Positions 46,557 to 57,141 are shown, numbered from the stretch's first letter. The stretch: 64,000 bases of DNA from Bacteroidales bacterium (GCA_045627385.1 JAZQNO010000025.1:5147-69146), one strand, 5' to 3'. The notes: generated from the letters alone by a model not told the origin. Numbers and translations are program-made.

Positions 46557-47420
46557 ATGAAAAAAATACAATTCAGTCTTATGGCCCTGGCCGCTGTCGC
46601 AATGGGATTTGTGGCATGCGATACCAAGGAATGGACCCTCCCCGAAGGTGAGGAGACCGAACCTGAAGTGGTTTACGCCGGCATCACGCTGAGCATTCCC
46701 GAAGTGTCCGACATCAGTGTGGGAAGCGCCTCTTTCGCATCTGTCATCACCGGTACCTATACCGATAATGATTCTGTCAGCGCCTGCTTCGAATACGCCT
46801 ATTCTCAGGATATGACCGCTGCCATCGAAGTGCCCGCCGAAATCATCGACGATACGCTTATGTATGCCGACTGCTCGACTCTCTACAAGAAGAACGTCTA
46901 TTATGTAAGAGCCAAGTTCGTCCACAAGAACGGCGAAGTTGCCAAGAGCGAAGTGGCTACTTTTACCACACTCGAGCCGCAGCCTATCACCCGCGAGAAC
47001 CTCGACGGTGCCGTTTATAAGGCAAAAGGTGTGGCCGACTACTGGGGTGACGTTTTTGATTTCGCCATTACCCTCCGTATGGGTGAAGGCGACACCGTTT
47101 ATGTCTGTGACTGCGATCCTTATTTCGTTAGAAGCGGTTGGGTTTGGAAGAATGGTGTCAACTATATGACCGGCATCCTGACTATCTCTGACGATCAGAA
47201 GTCTGCTACTATCGCCGTTGAAAACTATCAGATGCTTGGCAGTGGCGATTTTATGTACATCTTGATGGATGACGAAATGGAAGACCTTACAGAACCCGTC
47301 ATAGAACTGAGCAGCATGGCATACACCATGACTCTCAATTTCGGCTTGTTCGGCGTATACACCGAAGAAGGCGGCGGTTGGTACGAACTCTTCGAGGGTC
47401 CGCTGGAACTTGCCAGATAA
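46557..47420 (+). CDS. Acidic surface lipoprotein of unknown function (SusE position)
   Basis: Lipobox GFVAC-D. FN3-like segment YYVRAK..SEVATFTT. Confidence 0.7.
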   Translation: MKKIQFSLMALAAVAMGFVACDTKEWTLPEGEETEPEVVYAGITLSIPEVSDISVGSASFASVITGTYTDNDSVSACFEYAYSQDMTAAIEVPAEIIDDTLMYADCSTLYKKNVYYVRAKFVHKNGEVAKSEVATFTTLEPQPITRENLDGAVYKAKGVADYWGDVFDFAITLRMGEGDTVYVCDCDPYFVRSGWVWKNGVNYMTGILTISDDQKSATIAVENYQMLGSGDFMYILMDDEMEDLTEPVIELSSMAYTMTLNFGLFGVYTEEGGGWYELFEGPLELAR

Positions 47421-47443
47421 GGATACTTTCCTTCATTCATAGG

Positions 47444-47477
47444 AAGAAGGGCGGCTTCGGCTGCCCTTCTTTTTTTT
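47444..47477 (+). terminator. Intrinsic terminator
   Basis: AAGAAGGGCGGC-TTCG-GCTGCCCTTCTT followed by a T-run. Confidence 0.9.
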
Positions 47478-47510
47478 GTGTTTTGGGTTGCAGGGCTTGG
47501 GGCAATCGTG

Positions 47511-47518
47511 TATCTTTG
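47511..47518 (+). promoter_or_regulatory. -7 promoter element (TATCTTTG) for the M6 protease gene
   Basis: TAnnTTTG, with GTTG 20 nt upstream. Confidence 0.6.
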
Positions 47519-47538
47519 TAAGATATATATTCATTCAG

Positions 47539-50500
47539 ATGACTCATCAGAAACATCTTTTCAACTTCGTTGTTCTTTTGGCCATTCTGGTTCTGTGTCT
47601 GCTGCCTTTTACGCCTGTCAGAGCTGTTGTGGCCTATCCCCAACCGATCCGTGTCACACAACCCGACGGCAGTGTCATCACCATTCGGCGTCACGGTGAC
47701 GAACATTTCCATTTCACGACAGACGCTGCCGGCTATCTGGTCGGTCAGCGCGAAGACGGCACCTATTGCTACGGCCGCTATGACCGGAACAATCACTTTG
47801 AATTGTCCGAGCGCGTGGTCGGCAAATCGTCCAAAGGTCTGGCAAAGTCATCATCCATTCCTCAAGCGCAAGTCAGCCGTGCTGTCGCTCAGCGGGCTTC
47901 ACTGTCCGCCTCTGCGGACGGGCTTAGCAGAACCGTTGCCCATCCAGTGCGCCAACTGGTGCTGCTGGTCGCTTTTTCCGACTGCGATTTCGTCACGGAA
48001 GACCCCTATCAGGCATTTTTCGATATGCTCAATGAGGAGGGCTACAGCAGCAACAACGGTACCGGCTCGGTCAAAGATTACTACAAGGACAATTCCATGG
48101 GACGGTATGTGCCCGAATTTGTGGTTTTCGGCCCGGTCACGCTACCCAATGCGATGAAGTCGTATGGCGAAAACGACAAACAAGGCAACGATGTGAATCC
48201 TCAGAAAATGGCTATAGACGCCGTTCGTACAGCGTACGGTAAGGGGTTGAACATCAGTCAGTTCGATGCCGATGAAGATGGAGAGCTCGACAATGTGTTC
48301 ATCTATTATGCCGGATACAACGAGGCCGAAGGCGGAGCGGAGAACACCATCTGGCCGCATTCGTCGTCAATGTCCTATACCGGAGAGAGCGTGGCCGGTC
48401 TCAAACTCGGCAGTTACGCCTGCTCCAGCGAATTGCGAGGCGCCAACGGCAAGGTGATGGCCTCCATCGGCACTTTCTGCCATGAATTCGGCCACACACT
48501 CGGTCTGCAGGATGTGTATGACGTGGATTACAGTGAAAACGGTGGCGAAACCGCCACTTTGGGCAGTTTGTCTCTGATGTGCAGTGGCAACTACAATAAT
48601 TCCGGACGCACCCCACCATATCTCACATCGGAAGAACGCAACATGCTCGGCTGGCTGGAGTTCAAAGAGTTCGAGCTCGGTACGGAAGTGCAGTTGCGTC
48701 CCATTTACGACAACGAGGCCTATGTATGCCAGACTCAGAACAAAGGCGAATACTATTTGTTTGAAAACCGGCAGAAGACGGGTTGGGATTCATACATCAA
48801 CGGCCAAGGCATGGTCGTCTACCATGTCGACAAGTCGGGCAATATGATTGACGGCGTTTCTGCCGCTGCCAAATGGCAGACCAACAAAATCAACACCCAT
48901 CCCTCGCATCCCTGTTTCGATGTGCTGTGGGTGGATGCATCCGGCAAGACGCGTTATCCTTATTTCCCCGGTCTTGACCGCTCACACACGACTTTGACGT
49001 CGAAGACATATCCGGCCCTAAAGACCTGGGGCAATCTTCCCTTGGGAATCGCTCTTTCGGACATCGCCATAAAGGATGACATGGTCAGTTTCAAGGTGGA
49101 TGCCGAAAATGTGGATGTCTATCTGGTCGGTTATGTCAAGAACCGTGAGAACAATCTGTTGCCCAACTCTGTGGTGACGCTGATTCCGGTTCCGGAAGTG
49201 AAGGAGTTGCCGCAGCGCAAGGCTGGCGGTTTCAGCCGACTGTACGATGTCCGTCACAGCATGCAGTCGTCTGAAACGCGTATCTGCACGACACCGGCTT
49301 CCGGATTGTACCGCTTCGACGACCTCCAGCCCGGAAAATATCTGTTACGCTGTCAGGCCGAAGGCTATGTCGCCCACGAGGAAGAAATCACCATTGCCGA
49401 CCAATGTGTCGAACATGATATTATCATGCTGAAACGTGGCGAGGACAACTACTTGGGCTCACTCACTTGGAGCCAAAGCGGACCGATGATGCAGATTGGC
49501 ATGCCAAGCGGCAGTTTTGCTGTCGGCGCCAAATGGACGGCCGCCGAACTGAGCGATTATGTGGGCTGTTATCCCAGCGAGGTGAGCATCAACATTTCGC
49601 AGGCCTTGTCGGCTATGACGGCCAAACTGTATCACAACAGCCGTCTGGTTTCCTCCAAACGGGTGGCTTCGCCGTCGACGGGCAGCATCACGGTGAAAAT
49701 GGACAATGACACGCTTCCGCTGGCGTCCGGTACGGACATCTTGCTGGAGTTTGTGTTCGATGACGGTGCATACGTGGGCATGGATGGAGGTCCGGCTGTG
49801 GTGGGCAAGGGCGACCTTGTGCGTGAAGGTGACGGCAGATGGGAAAACCTGTCTGAAGGCAGTGATTTCAATGCAAACTGGGTCATCGGCATAGAATGGT
49901 ACAGACCGGAAAATCTGATTCCGGTCGAGTCTTTCTCGCTGCAGACCCGCCAACTCGATTTGAGAGTGGGTGAGAAGGAGTATGTCTTTGCCGATGTTGT
50001 GCCTATCAACGCTACGTATGGTTCTGTCACCTGGACTTCTTCGGACCGAACGGTGGCCACAGTGAGCGGTACGGGTCTGGTGACGGCCAACAGAGCGGGT
50101 AAAACCACCCTTTATGCCACCTGCGACAACGGCACCCGGACAGATTCCTGTCTGGTGACTGTGTGGCCGACTCTGTCGTCTGCAGTGGTGCCTTATGTGG
50201 CTGAACACGTGGCGCACATCAAATGGCCCGGAGTGATGGCCGGCCAGTTCGTACTGTCTGTGATGACAACAGATTCCACGGAAGTCTATCGTTATAAAGG
50301 GAAGGAACCATCCGTCACATTCGACGGTCTGAAAAGCAAGACCAGATACATGGTTGTACTTTCGTCATATGAGACCGACGGGCTGCTGGCTGATGCCGAG
50401 GCCGATGAGGAAACCCATTTTGAGATTCAGACGCAGTCGTCCGACATCAGTATGCTGGCGCTCAATGTGAATTTGTCTACCTACAAGTCCGATTCCATCA

Positions 50501-50679
50501 TCCTGCTGGATGTGCTGAATCTGAACGAACAGGCCGATGTGGTCTGGATGTGGGACGGAAAACCTCTCGAGGGCCTGCTGCTGCATCGTGAAGACAGCGA
50601 CGTGCACTGGTTGGAGGCGCGTGTAACCCGTCCGCAGAAGGGAACCGAAATCATCAGACGTAAAATCTTCATTAAATAA
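47539..50679 (+). CDS. M6 (immune inhibitor A-like) metalloprotease domain protein with Ig-like (Big_2) domain
   Basis: Signal peptide, QPDGS..GDE propeptide, GSVKDYY.DNS, TIWPH, HEFGHTLGLQDVYD, LMCSGNY, ENRQKTGWD, VTWTSSDRTVATV. Confidence 0.85.
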   Translation: MTHQKHLFNFVVLLAILVLCLLPFTPVRAVVAYPQPIRVTQPDGSVITIRRHGDEHFHFTTDAAGYLVGQREDGTYCYGRYDRNNHFELSERVVGKSSKGLAKSSSIPQAQVSRAVAQRASLSASADGLSRTVAHPVRQLVLLVAFSDCDFVTEDPYQAFFDMLNEEGYSSNNGTGSVKDYYKDNSMGRYVPEFVVFGPVTLPNAMKSYGENDKQGNDVNPQKMAIDAVRTAYGKGLNISQFDADEDGELDNVFIYYAGYNEAEGGAENTIWPHSSSMSYTGESVAGLKLGSYACSSELRGANGKVMASIGTFCHEFGHTLGLQDVYDVDYSENGGETATLGSLSLMCSGNYNNSGRTPPYLTSEERNMLGWLEFKEFELGTEVQLRPIYDNEAYVCQTQNKGEYYLFENRQKTGWDSYINGQGMVVYHVDKSGNMIDGVSAAAKWQTNKINTHPSHPCFDVLWVDASGKTRYPYFPGLDRSHTTLTSKTYPALKTWGNLPLGIALSDIAIKDDMVSFKVDAENVDVYLVGYVKNRENNLLPNSVVTLIPVPEVKELPQRKAGGFSRLYDVRHSMQSSETRICTTPASGLYRFDDLQPGKYLLRCQAEGYVAHEEEITIADQCVEHDIIMLKRGEDNYLGSLTWSQSGPMMQIGMPSGSFAVGAKWTAAELSDYVGCYPSEVSINISQALSAMTAKLYHNSRLVSSKRVASPSTGSITVKMDNDTLPLASGTDILLEFVFDDGAYVGMDGGPAVVGKGDLVREGDGRWENLSEGSDFNANWVIGIEWYRPENLIPVESFSLQTRQLDLRVGEKEYVFADVVPINATYGSVTWTSSDRTVATVSGTGLVTANRAGKTTLYATCDNGTRTDSCLVTVWPTLSSAVVPYVAEHVAHIKWPGVMAGQFVLSVMTTDSTEVYRYKGKEPSVTFDGLKSKTRYMVVLSSYETDGLLADAEADEETHFEIQTQSSDISMLALNVNLSTYKSDSIILLDVLNLNEQADVVWMWDGKPLEGLLLHREDSDVHWLEARVTRPQKGTEIIRRKIFIK

Positions 50680-50683
50680 GGTA

Positions 50684-51106
50684 ATGAAAACAGTCAGATA
50701 TATATTGGCTTTGGCATTGCTGGCCATGTTCAGTCTTTCCTGCAAGGAAAAGGAAGATCCCGCCGTCACGGCGGCGAAGGAATATCTGTCGGCCAAGCAG
50801 TATCCCGGTGTGTACAGCGAGCAGGGAACGGAGTTTTTCTACAGCGAGGCCGACCATCAGCTGGCTTGGAATCCGAGCCTGCAGCTGACGCGCATCCAGA
50901 CCGACAACATGTCGAAGGTCCTGCAGCTGACCGTTGTCGGGGAAATGTCCGATGGGGCCAAAGTCGAACTGAAGACTTATTCAAAGAATGTGTCCGGCTT
51001 GGAGTCGTCGTATGAAGTGAAGGTGCTGAAAACCGATCCGGAGCAACAGCTGGCTTGGCTGTTCAATCAGACCTCTTTGCTGGGATTCGTAGTCTGTTAT
51101 CAGTAA
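50684..51106 (+). CDS. Small lipoprotein, unknown function
   Basis: Lipobox FSLSC-KEKE. 4 bp after the protease gene. Confidence 0.7.
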   Translation: MKTVRYILALALLAMFSLSCKEKEDPAVTAAKEYLSAKQYPGVYSEQGTEFFYSEADHQLAWNPSLQLTRIQTDNMSKVLQLTVVGEMSDGAKVELKTYSKNVSGLESSYEVKVLKTDPEQQLAWLFNQTSLLGFVVCYQ

Positions 51107-51117
51107 TTCGTCCGTTC

Positions 51118-52617
51118 ATGCCCACCGCCGTCAGACACTTGATAGTTCTGCTCTGTGTATGGCTGTCGGCTGCACAGGGCTTTTCCGTGTCGGCCGGTGT
51201 CTATCCCGGTGTTTCTGCCGGTACGGACTGTTCGAAACTGGAGTCGGCTGCCGATTCGGTTTTCGCACAGCCGCGCTATCGCAGGGCGTCTTATTCCTTT
51301 GTCATTTATGATGAAACGGTCGATCGGACAGTCCTCTCCGTACATCCCGACTTGGCTCTGACCCAGGCTTCGGTGACCAAACTGCTTACCACGGCCGCCG
51401 TGTTGGACAAATTGGGTGCGGATGCGGTCTTCGAAACCGGATTGGCCATTGACGCTCCTGTTGAAAATTTCTGTCTGAAAGGCAACCTTTGGGTGGTGGC
51501 CGGCGGTGACCCTTCCCTTGGATCCGAATATGTGTCCGGGGTCGGCAGGTCTTTCCTGAATATATGGGTCCAAAAGGTCAAATCGATGGGAATCAGGAAA
51601 ATAGACGGCCGTGTCTGTCTCGACGGTGGCTTGTATGATGAGCCTCTTTCTTCGCATTGGCTTTGGGAGGACATTGGCAATTACTATGCGGCCGGCATTT
51701 ACGATGTGGCTGTTTTTGACAATATGTACCGAGTCAGTCTCAAGGCGGGTCCTCATGGGGCGGAAGTGATAGGTACTGAACCGGAAATGCCGGGCTTAGC
51801 CTTTGACAATCGTGTCCGGCTGGATAACCGTCTGAAAGACAGCGTCAATATCTATGGGCAGGACCGTCAGTGGGTCCAGCAGTTGGTAGGAAGCATACCG
51901 AGTGCAATTTCAGCGCCGGCCAGTGTGGTGAAAGGTGCCATTCCCGATCCTGAACGCTATTTGCTCTATCTGCTTGCCTCTCAGTTGCAACAGGCCGGCA
52001 TCGAACTGGCCGGACCTTCGCCCGAGGAATATCTGAGCCTGCCGCTCCGGCCCGACGGTGTCGAGCACTGTGAGGGCAGGGTGGTGTCGGTTTATCCTTC
52101 GCCGCCGATGTCACAGTTGGTGCGCGTCACGAATGTGCGCAGCAACAATACATACGCCGAGTATCTTTTGCGCAGGTTGGCGTGGCCGACCGGAGGGAGG
52201 CCACAGGCTGTGTCGCAAGAGGACGGTCTCGAAGCGCTCTCCCGGCACTGGCAGTCGAAAGGTTTCGACACGAACGATTGGTTGCTGGCCGACGGATGCG
52301 GGCTTTCGCCTCAGACGGCCTTTCCGGCCGCCGCGCTCGTTCCCGTGTTGTTGTATATGGACCGTCAGTCTGCGGCTGGAAAGGCCTTCGTCAACTCGCT
52401 GCCCATAGCCGGAAAGGAAGGAACGGTCGCCGGTTTCTGCCGCAGTCTGCCCGGTGTTTTCCGGGTCAAGAGCGGATCGATGAGCGGCGTACGATCGTAT
52501 GCCGGTTATTACGATTGGCAAGGTCACCGCTATGTGGTTTCGGTCTGCATCAACCGCGCCGATGCTGCTTCGGCAGAACTGATGAAAGATGTGGAAACAA
52601 TTATGAAACAATTATAA
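51118..52617 (+). CDS. dacB: D-alanyl-D-alanine carboxypeptidase/endopeptidase (PBP4, S13)
   Basis: ASVTK (SxxK), GGDPSLGS, SNN, DGCGLS, KSG motifs. Confidence 0.9.
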   Translation: MPTAVRHLIVLLCVWLSAAQGFSVSAGVYPGVSAGTDCSKLESAADSVFAQPRYRRASYSFVIYDETVDRTVLSVHPDLALTQASVTKLLTTAAVLDKLGADAVFETGLAIDAPVENFCLKGNLWVVAGGDPSLGSEYVSGVGRSFLNIWVQKVKSMGIRKIDGRVCLDGGLYDEPLSSHWLWEDIGNYYAAGIYDVAVFDNMYRVSLKAGPHGAEVIGTEPEMPGLAFDNRVRLDNRLKDSVNIYGQDRQWVQQLVGSIPSAISAPASVVKGAIPDPERYLLYLLASQLQQAGIELAGPSPEEYLSLPLRPDGVEHCEGRVVSVYPSPPMSQLVRVTNVRSNNTYAEYLLRRLAWPTGGRPQAVSQEDGLEALSRHWQSKGFDTNDWLLADGCGLSPQTAFPAAALVPVLLYMDRQSAAGKAFVNSLPIAGKEGTVAGFCRSLPGVFRVKSGSMSGVRSYAGYYDWQGHRYVVSVCINRADAASAELMKDVETIMKQL

Positions 52618-52618
52618 G

Positions 52619-53413
52619 ATGGATAAGAAACTGGACAACCCCTCCCTGGGGGATATGCTGAACTCATTGAGAGAACTGTCGATGGATCTTCTGCGTCTGC
52701 AGGAACGGGTAGACTCTCTTCGTCTTGGCCTGACGGATTACATGCTTTCGGCCGTCTCTGCCGAGGATGTCTTGAAGCCGGAACCACAGCTAGAGCCGGC
52801 TGTCGTCGTGCTAGAGCCGGAACAGGAACTGGAGATCGTCGTGACTGAGATGGAACCGGAAATGGGGTCGGAAACCATTGAACCTGAGGCTGTTGAACCC
52901 GAGGTCGTTGAAACGGAGGTTGTTGGACCCGAACCGGAATCCGAAGTCCTGGAACCGGAGACCCTTGAACCCGAGCCGGATGCGGAGATGCTTGAGCCAG
53001 ATGCGGTGGAAACCGAAGCCGTCTCGGAAACCCCGGAACCGCTTGCGGAAATCCTCGAGCCCGAACAGGAGCCCGAGCCGGAACCTGAGTCTGAGCCGGA
53101 ACCTGGCCCAGAGGAGCCCCTTACTTTGGGCGACCGTTACAAACGGGAGAGGGCGGAGAAACCCCTGTGCGAGACAATCGAAATCCATCATTCGGCCGAC
53201 ATGTCACAGTCGATGAGCCTCAACGACCGCTTCCTCTATCAGCGCGAACTCTTCGGCGGAGATGCCGCCCGTTTCTACGAAGTGATGGCCGCCATCGACA
53301 CCTTCTGCACCTACGAAGAAGCCGCCGATTATGTGAGGTCCGCCGAAGACTGGGACGAAGAATCCTCCGCCGCCCAGGATTTCCTCGACATGCTGCAGCG
53401 CCATTTTTCCTGA
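52619..53413 (+). CDS. Hypothetical protein with Glu/Pro-rich linker and conserved-looking C-terminal domain
   Basis: N-terminal coiled-coil-like segment, (EP)n tract, SLNDRFLYQRELFGGD C-terminus. Confidence 0.7.
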   Translation: MDKKLDNPSLGDMLNSLRELSMDLLRLQERVDSLRLGLTDYMLSAVSAEDVLKPEPQLEPAVVVLEPEQELEIVVTEMEPEMGSETIEPEAVEPEVVETEVVGPEPESEVLEPETLEPEPDAEMLEPDAVETEAVSETPEPLAEILEPEQEPEPEPESEPEPGPEEPLTLGDRYKRERAEKPLCETIEIHHSADMSQSMSLNDRFLYQRELFGGDAARFYEVMAAIDTFCTYEEAADYVRSAEDWDEESSAAQDFLDMLQRHFS

Positions 53414-53437
53414 CGACCTTTTTCCCGACAACAGGCT

Positions 53438-54109
53438 ATGGCAAAACTGACCTTGGTCCCCACACCCGTCGGCAATATGGAAGACATGAGCTTCCGTGCC
53501 GTACGCACTCTGAAAGAAGCCGATCTGATTCTGGCTGAAGACACCCGCACCAGTGCCCGTCTTCTCCAACATTTCGACATTCACACGCCGATGATGTCTC
53601 ATCACAAGTTCAATGAGCATCAGACAGTCGAACAGTTCGCACAGCGCATCCTGTCGGGACAGAACATCGCACTCATCACCGATGCCGGTACGCCAGGCAT
53701 ATCCGATCCCGGATTCCTGCTGGTGCGCCATTGTGCCGCCAAAGGCATAGACATCGAATGCCTCCCCGGCGCCACAGCCTTCGTTCCGGCCGTAGTCGTT
53801 TCCGGACTGCCCAACGACCGTTTCCACTTCGAAGGATTCCTGCCTCAGAAGAAAGGCCGTCAGACCCGGATGAAAGAACTCTCGGAACTGCCCTATACGT
53901 TCATCATATACGAATCGCCTTTCCGGGTTCAGAAAACGCTGGCTTCATTGTCCGAACTCTGCGGCCCCGAGCGTCAGGCTTCTGTCAGCCGTGAAATCAG
54001 CAAGTTGCATGAGGAGACCTGTCGCGGTACCTTGCAGGAACTGACCGCTCATTTTACCGAGCAGGAAGCCCGTGGAGAATTTGTGATATGTGTGGCTGGA
54101 AAAGATTAA
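53438..54109 (+). CDS. rsmI: 16S rRNA (cytidine1402-2'-O)-methyltransferase
   Basis: VPTPVGNMED, AEDTR, TDAGTPGISDPG, YESP, REISKLHEE. Confidence 0.95.
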   Translation: MAKLTLVPTPVGNMEDMSFRAVRTLKEADLILAEDTRTSARLLQHFDIHTPMMSHHKFNEHQTVEQFAQRILSGQNIALITDAGTPGISDPGFLLVRHCAAKGIDIECLPGATAFVPAVVVSGLPNDRFHFEGFLPQKKGRQTRMKELSELPYTFIIYESPFRVQKTLASLSELCGPERQASVSREISKLHEETCRGTLQELTAHFTEQEARGEFVICVAGKD

Positions 54110-54121
54110 CTTTGTCCTCCG

Positions 54122-55414
54122 ATGATTGAAGCACAGAAACCGATAGAAGAAGGTCAGGAAAGGACTCTGCTGGTGGGACTTGTCACACCTCAGCAAGACG
54201 AGCGCAAGTCGATGGAATACCTCGACGAACTGGCTTTTCTGGCCGAAACGGCCGGAGCGATGCCCGTGAAAAGGATAGTCCAGCGCTTGGAATATCCCAA
54301 TGCCCGCACGATGGTAGGCCCCGGCAAACTGCAGGAAATCAAGGACTACGTCGACAATAACGACATTTCTTTGGTCATCTTTGACGATGACCTGACGGCC
54401 GCACAGCATAAAAATGTGGATGATGTCCTGAAAGTGAAAGTTTTGGACCGCACCACGCTCATCCTCACCATTTTCGCTGACCGCGCCAAAACAGCGCATG
54501 CCAAGACACAAGTGGAACTGGCCCAATACCAGTATTTCCTTCCCCGTCTGACCCGACTCTGGACCCATTTGGAACGTCAGCGCGGCGGTGGTGGCGTCAA
54601 TTTGCGCGGTCCCGGTGAAACTCAGATCGAGACCGACCGTCGAATCATCCTGGACAAGATTTCCAATCTGAAGAAGGAACTCCAGCGTATCGACCGTCAG
54701 AAGACCGTCCAGCGCAGCAACCGCGGCAAAATGGTGCGCGTGGCGCTTGTAGGCTATACTAATGTCGGCAAGTCCACCCTGATGAACGTCCTCAGCAAGT
54801 CGGACGTGTTTGCCGAAAACAAACTTTTCGCCACGCTCGATACCACTGTCCGAAAGGTCATTATCGACAATCTGCCTTTCCTGCTCACCGATACGGTCGG
54901 ATTCATCCGAAAATTGCCCCACGACCTGGTCGAGTCGTTCAAATCGACGCTGGACGAAGTGCGCGAAGCCGACCTGCTCTTGCACATTGTGGACATTTCG
55001 CATCCCTGCTTCGAGGAACAGATTGAAGTGGTCAATCGGACACTGGAGGAACTGAAGGCTCAAGATAAGCCCATCATCTTGGTATTCAACAAGATTGATG
55101 CATTCACCTATACACCGAAGGATCCCGACGACCTCACGCCTGTCCAACGCGAAAACCTTTCGCTCGAAGACCTCAAGCGCACTTGGATGTCGAAAATGGC
55201 AGACAACTGCATTTTCATTTCCGCCAAAGAACGCGACGGCCTGGAAGAATTCAAGCAGATGGTCTACGACCGTGTCCGCGAAATCCATATCACCCGCTTC
55301 CCTTACAACGATTTCCTTTTCCAGAAATATGATCTCAGCGAGGGAGCGCTCGAAGAGCTCGGCATGGCTCCCGAACTTCAGAATCAGGACGAAACGCCCG
55401 ATGCCGACATGTAG
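54122..55414 (+). CDS. hflX: GTPase HflX
   Basis: GPGETQIETDRR, GYTNVGKST, LFATLDTT, DTVGFI, NKID. Confidence 0.97.
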   Translation: MIEAQKPIEEGQERTLLVGLVTPQQDERKSMEYLDELAFLAETAGAMPVKRIVQRLEYPNARTMVGPGKLQEIKDYVDNNDISLVIFDDDLTAAQHKNVDDVLKVKVLDRTTLILTIFADRAKTAHAKTQVELAQYQYFLPRLTRLWTHLERQRGGGGVNLRGPGETQIETDRRIILDKISNLKKELQRIDRQKTVQRSNRGKMVRVALVGYTNVGKSTLMNVLSKSDVFAENKLFATLDTTVRKVIIDNLPFLLTDTVGFIRKLPHDLVESFKSTLDEVREADLLLHIVDISHPCFEEQIEVVNRTLEELKAQDKPIILVFNKIDAFTYTPKDPDDLTPVQRENLSLEDLKRTWMSKMADNCIFISAKERDGLEEFKQMVYDRVREIHITRFPYNDFLFQKYDLSEGALEELGMAPELQNQDETPDADM

Positions 55415-55446
55415 AAACAAATCAGTAACAATTAAAATAGAAAATT

Positions 55447-57093
55447 ATGGCAACTGTTGATTTCAAGTACGCTCCCATGTTTCAATTGGGAGAAGATACG
55501 ACCGAGTATTACAAACTTACCGACCAATATGTCAGTGTCGGCGAATTCGAAGGTCATCCCATTCTGAAAATCGAGAAAGAAGGTCTGACCGCCATGGCTC
55601 ACGCCGCTTTCCGCGATGTCAGTTTCCTGCTTCGCCGCAGCCACAACCTTCAGGTGGCCAAGATTTTGAGCGATCCGGAAGCTTCTGAAAACGACAAGTA
55701 TGTGGCTCTGACTTTCCTGCGCAATGCCGAAGTTTCCGCCAAGGGCAAACTGCCTCTGTGTCAGGATACCGGCACGGCCATCATCCACGGCGAGAAAGGT
55801 CAGCAGGTCTGGACCGGATTCAGCGATGAGGAAGCTTTGTCGAAGGGCGTTTTCCAAACTTATACGGAAGAAAACCTCCGGTACAGTCAGAATGCTCCAC
55901 TGTCGATGTACGAGGAGGTCAACACCAAGTGCAACCTTCCCGCCCAGATCGATATCGAAGCCGCCGAAGGAATGGAATACCGCTTCCTCTGTGTCACCAA
56001 AGGCGGCGGATCGGCCAACAAGACTTATCTCTATCAGGAGACCAAGGCCCGTATCCAGAATCCCGGCACACTGATTCCTTTCCTGGTGGAAAAGATGAAG
56101 AGCCTCGGAACGGCCGCCTGCCCGCCTTACCATATCGCCATCGTCATCGGCGGTACCAGCGCTGAAAAGAATCTTCTGACGGTCAAATTGGCTTCGACCC
56201 ATTATTACGACAGCCTGCCCACCACGGGCGACGCCACAGGCCGTGCCTTCCGCGATCTGGAACTCGAAAAGCTCCTACTGGACGAAGCCCACAAAATCGG
56301 TCTGGGCGCCCAGTTCGGCGGCAAATATATGGCTCACGACGTGCGTGTCGTACGTCTGCCGCGTCACGGCGCCAGTTGCCCGATCGGCTTGGGTGTGAGC
56401 TGTTCGGCCGACCGCAACATCAAGTGCAAAATCAACCGCGAAGGCATCTGGATTGAAAAGATGGACGACAAGCCCTACGAACTCATTCCCGCCGAACTGC
56501 GCAATGCCGGCGAAGGCGATGCGGTGAAAATCAATCTGAACCAGCCGATGAAGGACGTCTGTGCCATCCTTTCGCAATATCCCATCGGCACCCGTCTGAG
56601 TCTGAACGGCACCATCATCGTGGGCCGCGACATCGCGCATGCTAAGCTGAAAGCCCGTCTGGACGCCGGTGAGGGCATGCCGCAGTATATGAAGGACCAT
56701 CCCATCTATTATGCCGGTCCGGCCAAGACGCCCGCCGGAATGGCTTGCGGTTCCATGGGCCCGACGACTGCCGGACGCATGGATCCTTACGTGGACGAGT
56801 TCCAGGACAATGGCGGCAGCCTCATCATGCTGGCCAAGGGCAACCGCGCCCAGTGTGTGACCGACGCCTGCCAGAAACACGGCGGCTTCTATCTGGGCAG
56901 CATCGGCGGTCCCGCCGCCATCTTGGCTCAGAACAACATCAAGAGCATCGAATGTGTGGAATATCCCGAACTGGGCATGGAAGCCATCTGGAAAATCGAA
57001 GTGGAAGATTTCCCGGCCTTCATTCTGGTCGACGACAAGGGAAATGATTTCTTCAAACAGCTGAAACCTTGGCCTTGCGCTTGTGGCAAATGA
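55447..57093 (+). CDS. fumA: Fumarate hydratase class I (Fe-S)
   Basis: [41 protein letters not shown]. Confidence 0.92.
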   Translation: MATVDFKYAPMFQLGEDTTEYYKLTDQYVSVGEFEGHPILKIEKEGLTAMAHAAFRDVSFLLRRSHNLQVAKILSDPEASENDKYVALTFLRNAEVSAKGKLPLCQDTGTAIIHGEKGQQVWTGFSDEEALSKGVFQTYTEENLRYSQNAPLSMYEEVNTKCNLPAQIDIEAAEGMEYRFLCVTKGGGSANKTYLYQETKARIQNPGTLIPFLVEKMKSLGTAACPPYHIAIVIGGTSAEKNLLTVKLASTHYYDSLPTTGDATGRAFRDLELEKLLLDEAHKIGLGAQFGGKYMAHDVRVVRLPRHGASCPIGLGVSCSADRNIKCKINREGIWIEKMDDKPYELIPAELRNAGEGDAVKINLNQPMKDVCAILSQYPIGTRLSLNGTIIVGRDIAHAKLKARLDAGEGMPQYMKDHPIYYAGPAKTPAGMACGSMGPTTAGRMDPYVDEFQDNGGSLIMLAKGNRAQCVTDACQKHGGFYLGSIGGPAAILAQNNIKSIECVEYPELGMEAIWKIEVEDFPAFILVDDKGNDFFKQLKPWPCACGK

Positions 57094-57103
57094 AGAAATG
57101 GTT

Positions 57104-57111
57104 TATATTTG
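57104..57111 (+). promoter_or_regulatory. -7 promoter element (TATATTTG) for pyrH-frr
   Basis: TAnnTTTG, with CTTG 20 nt upstream. Confidence 0.6.
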
Positions 57112-57141
57112 TCAAACGGCAAGTCAAAAGCATTTTCAGAT

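Noticed and set aside
52780-53120. Repeats as a CRISPR array or mobile element
   Set aside because: They are degenerate in-frame codon repeats for Glu-Pro, with no constant repeat/spacer structure and no cas genes.
55447-57093. Class I fumarase as a tartrate dehydratase linked to the four-carbon pathway
   Set aside because: It is a typical fused fumarase among housekeeping genes, 23 kb from the module.
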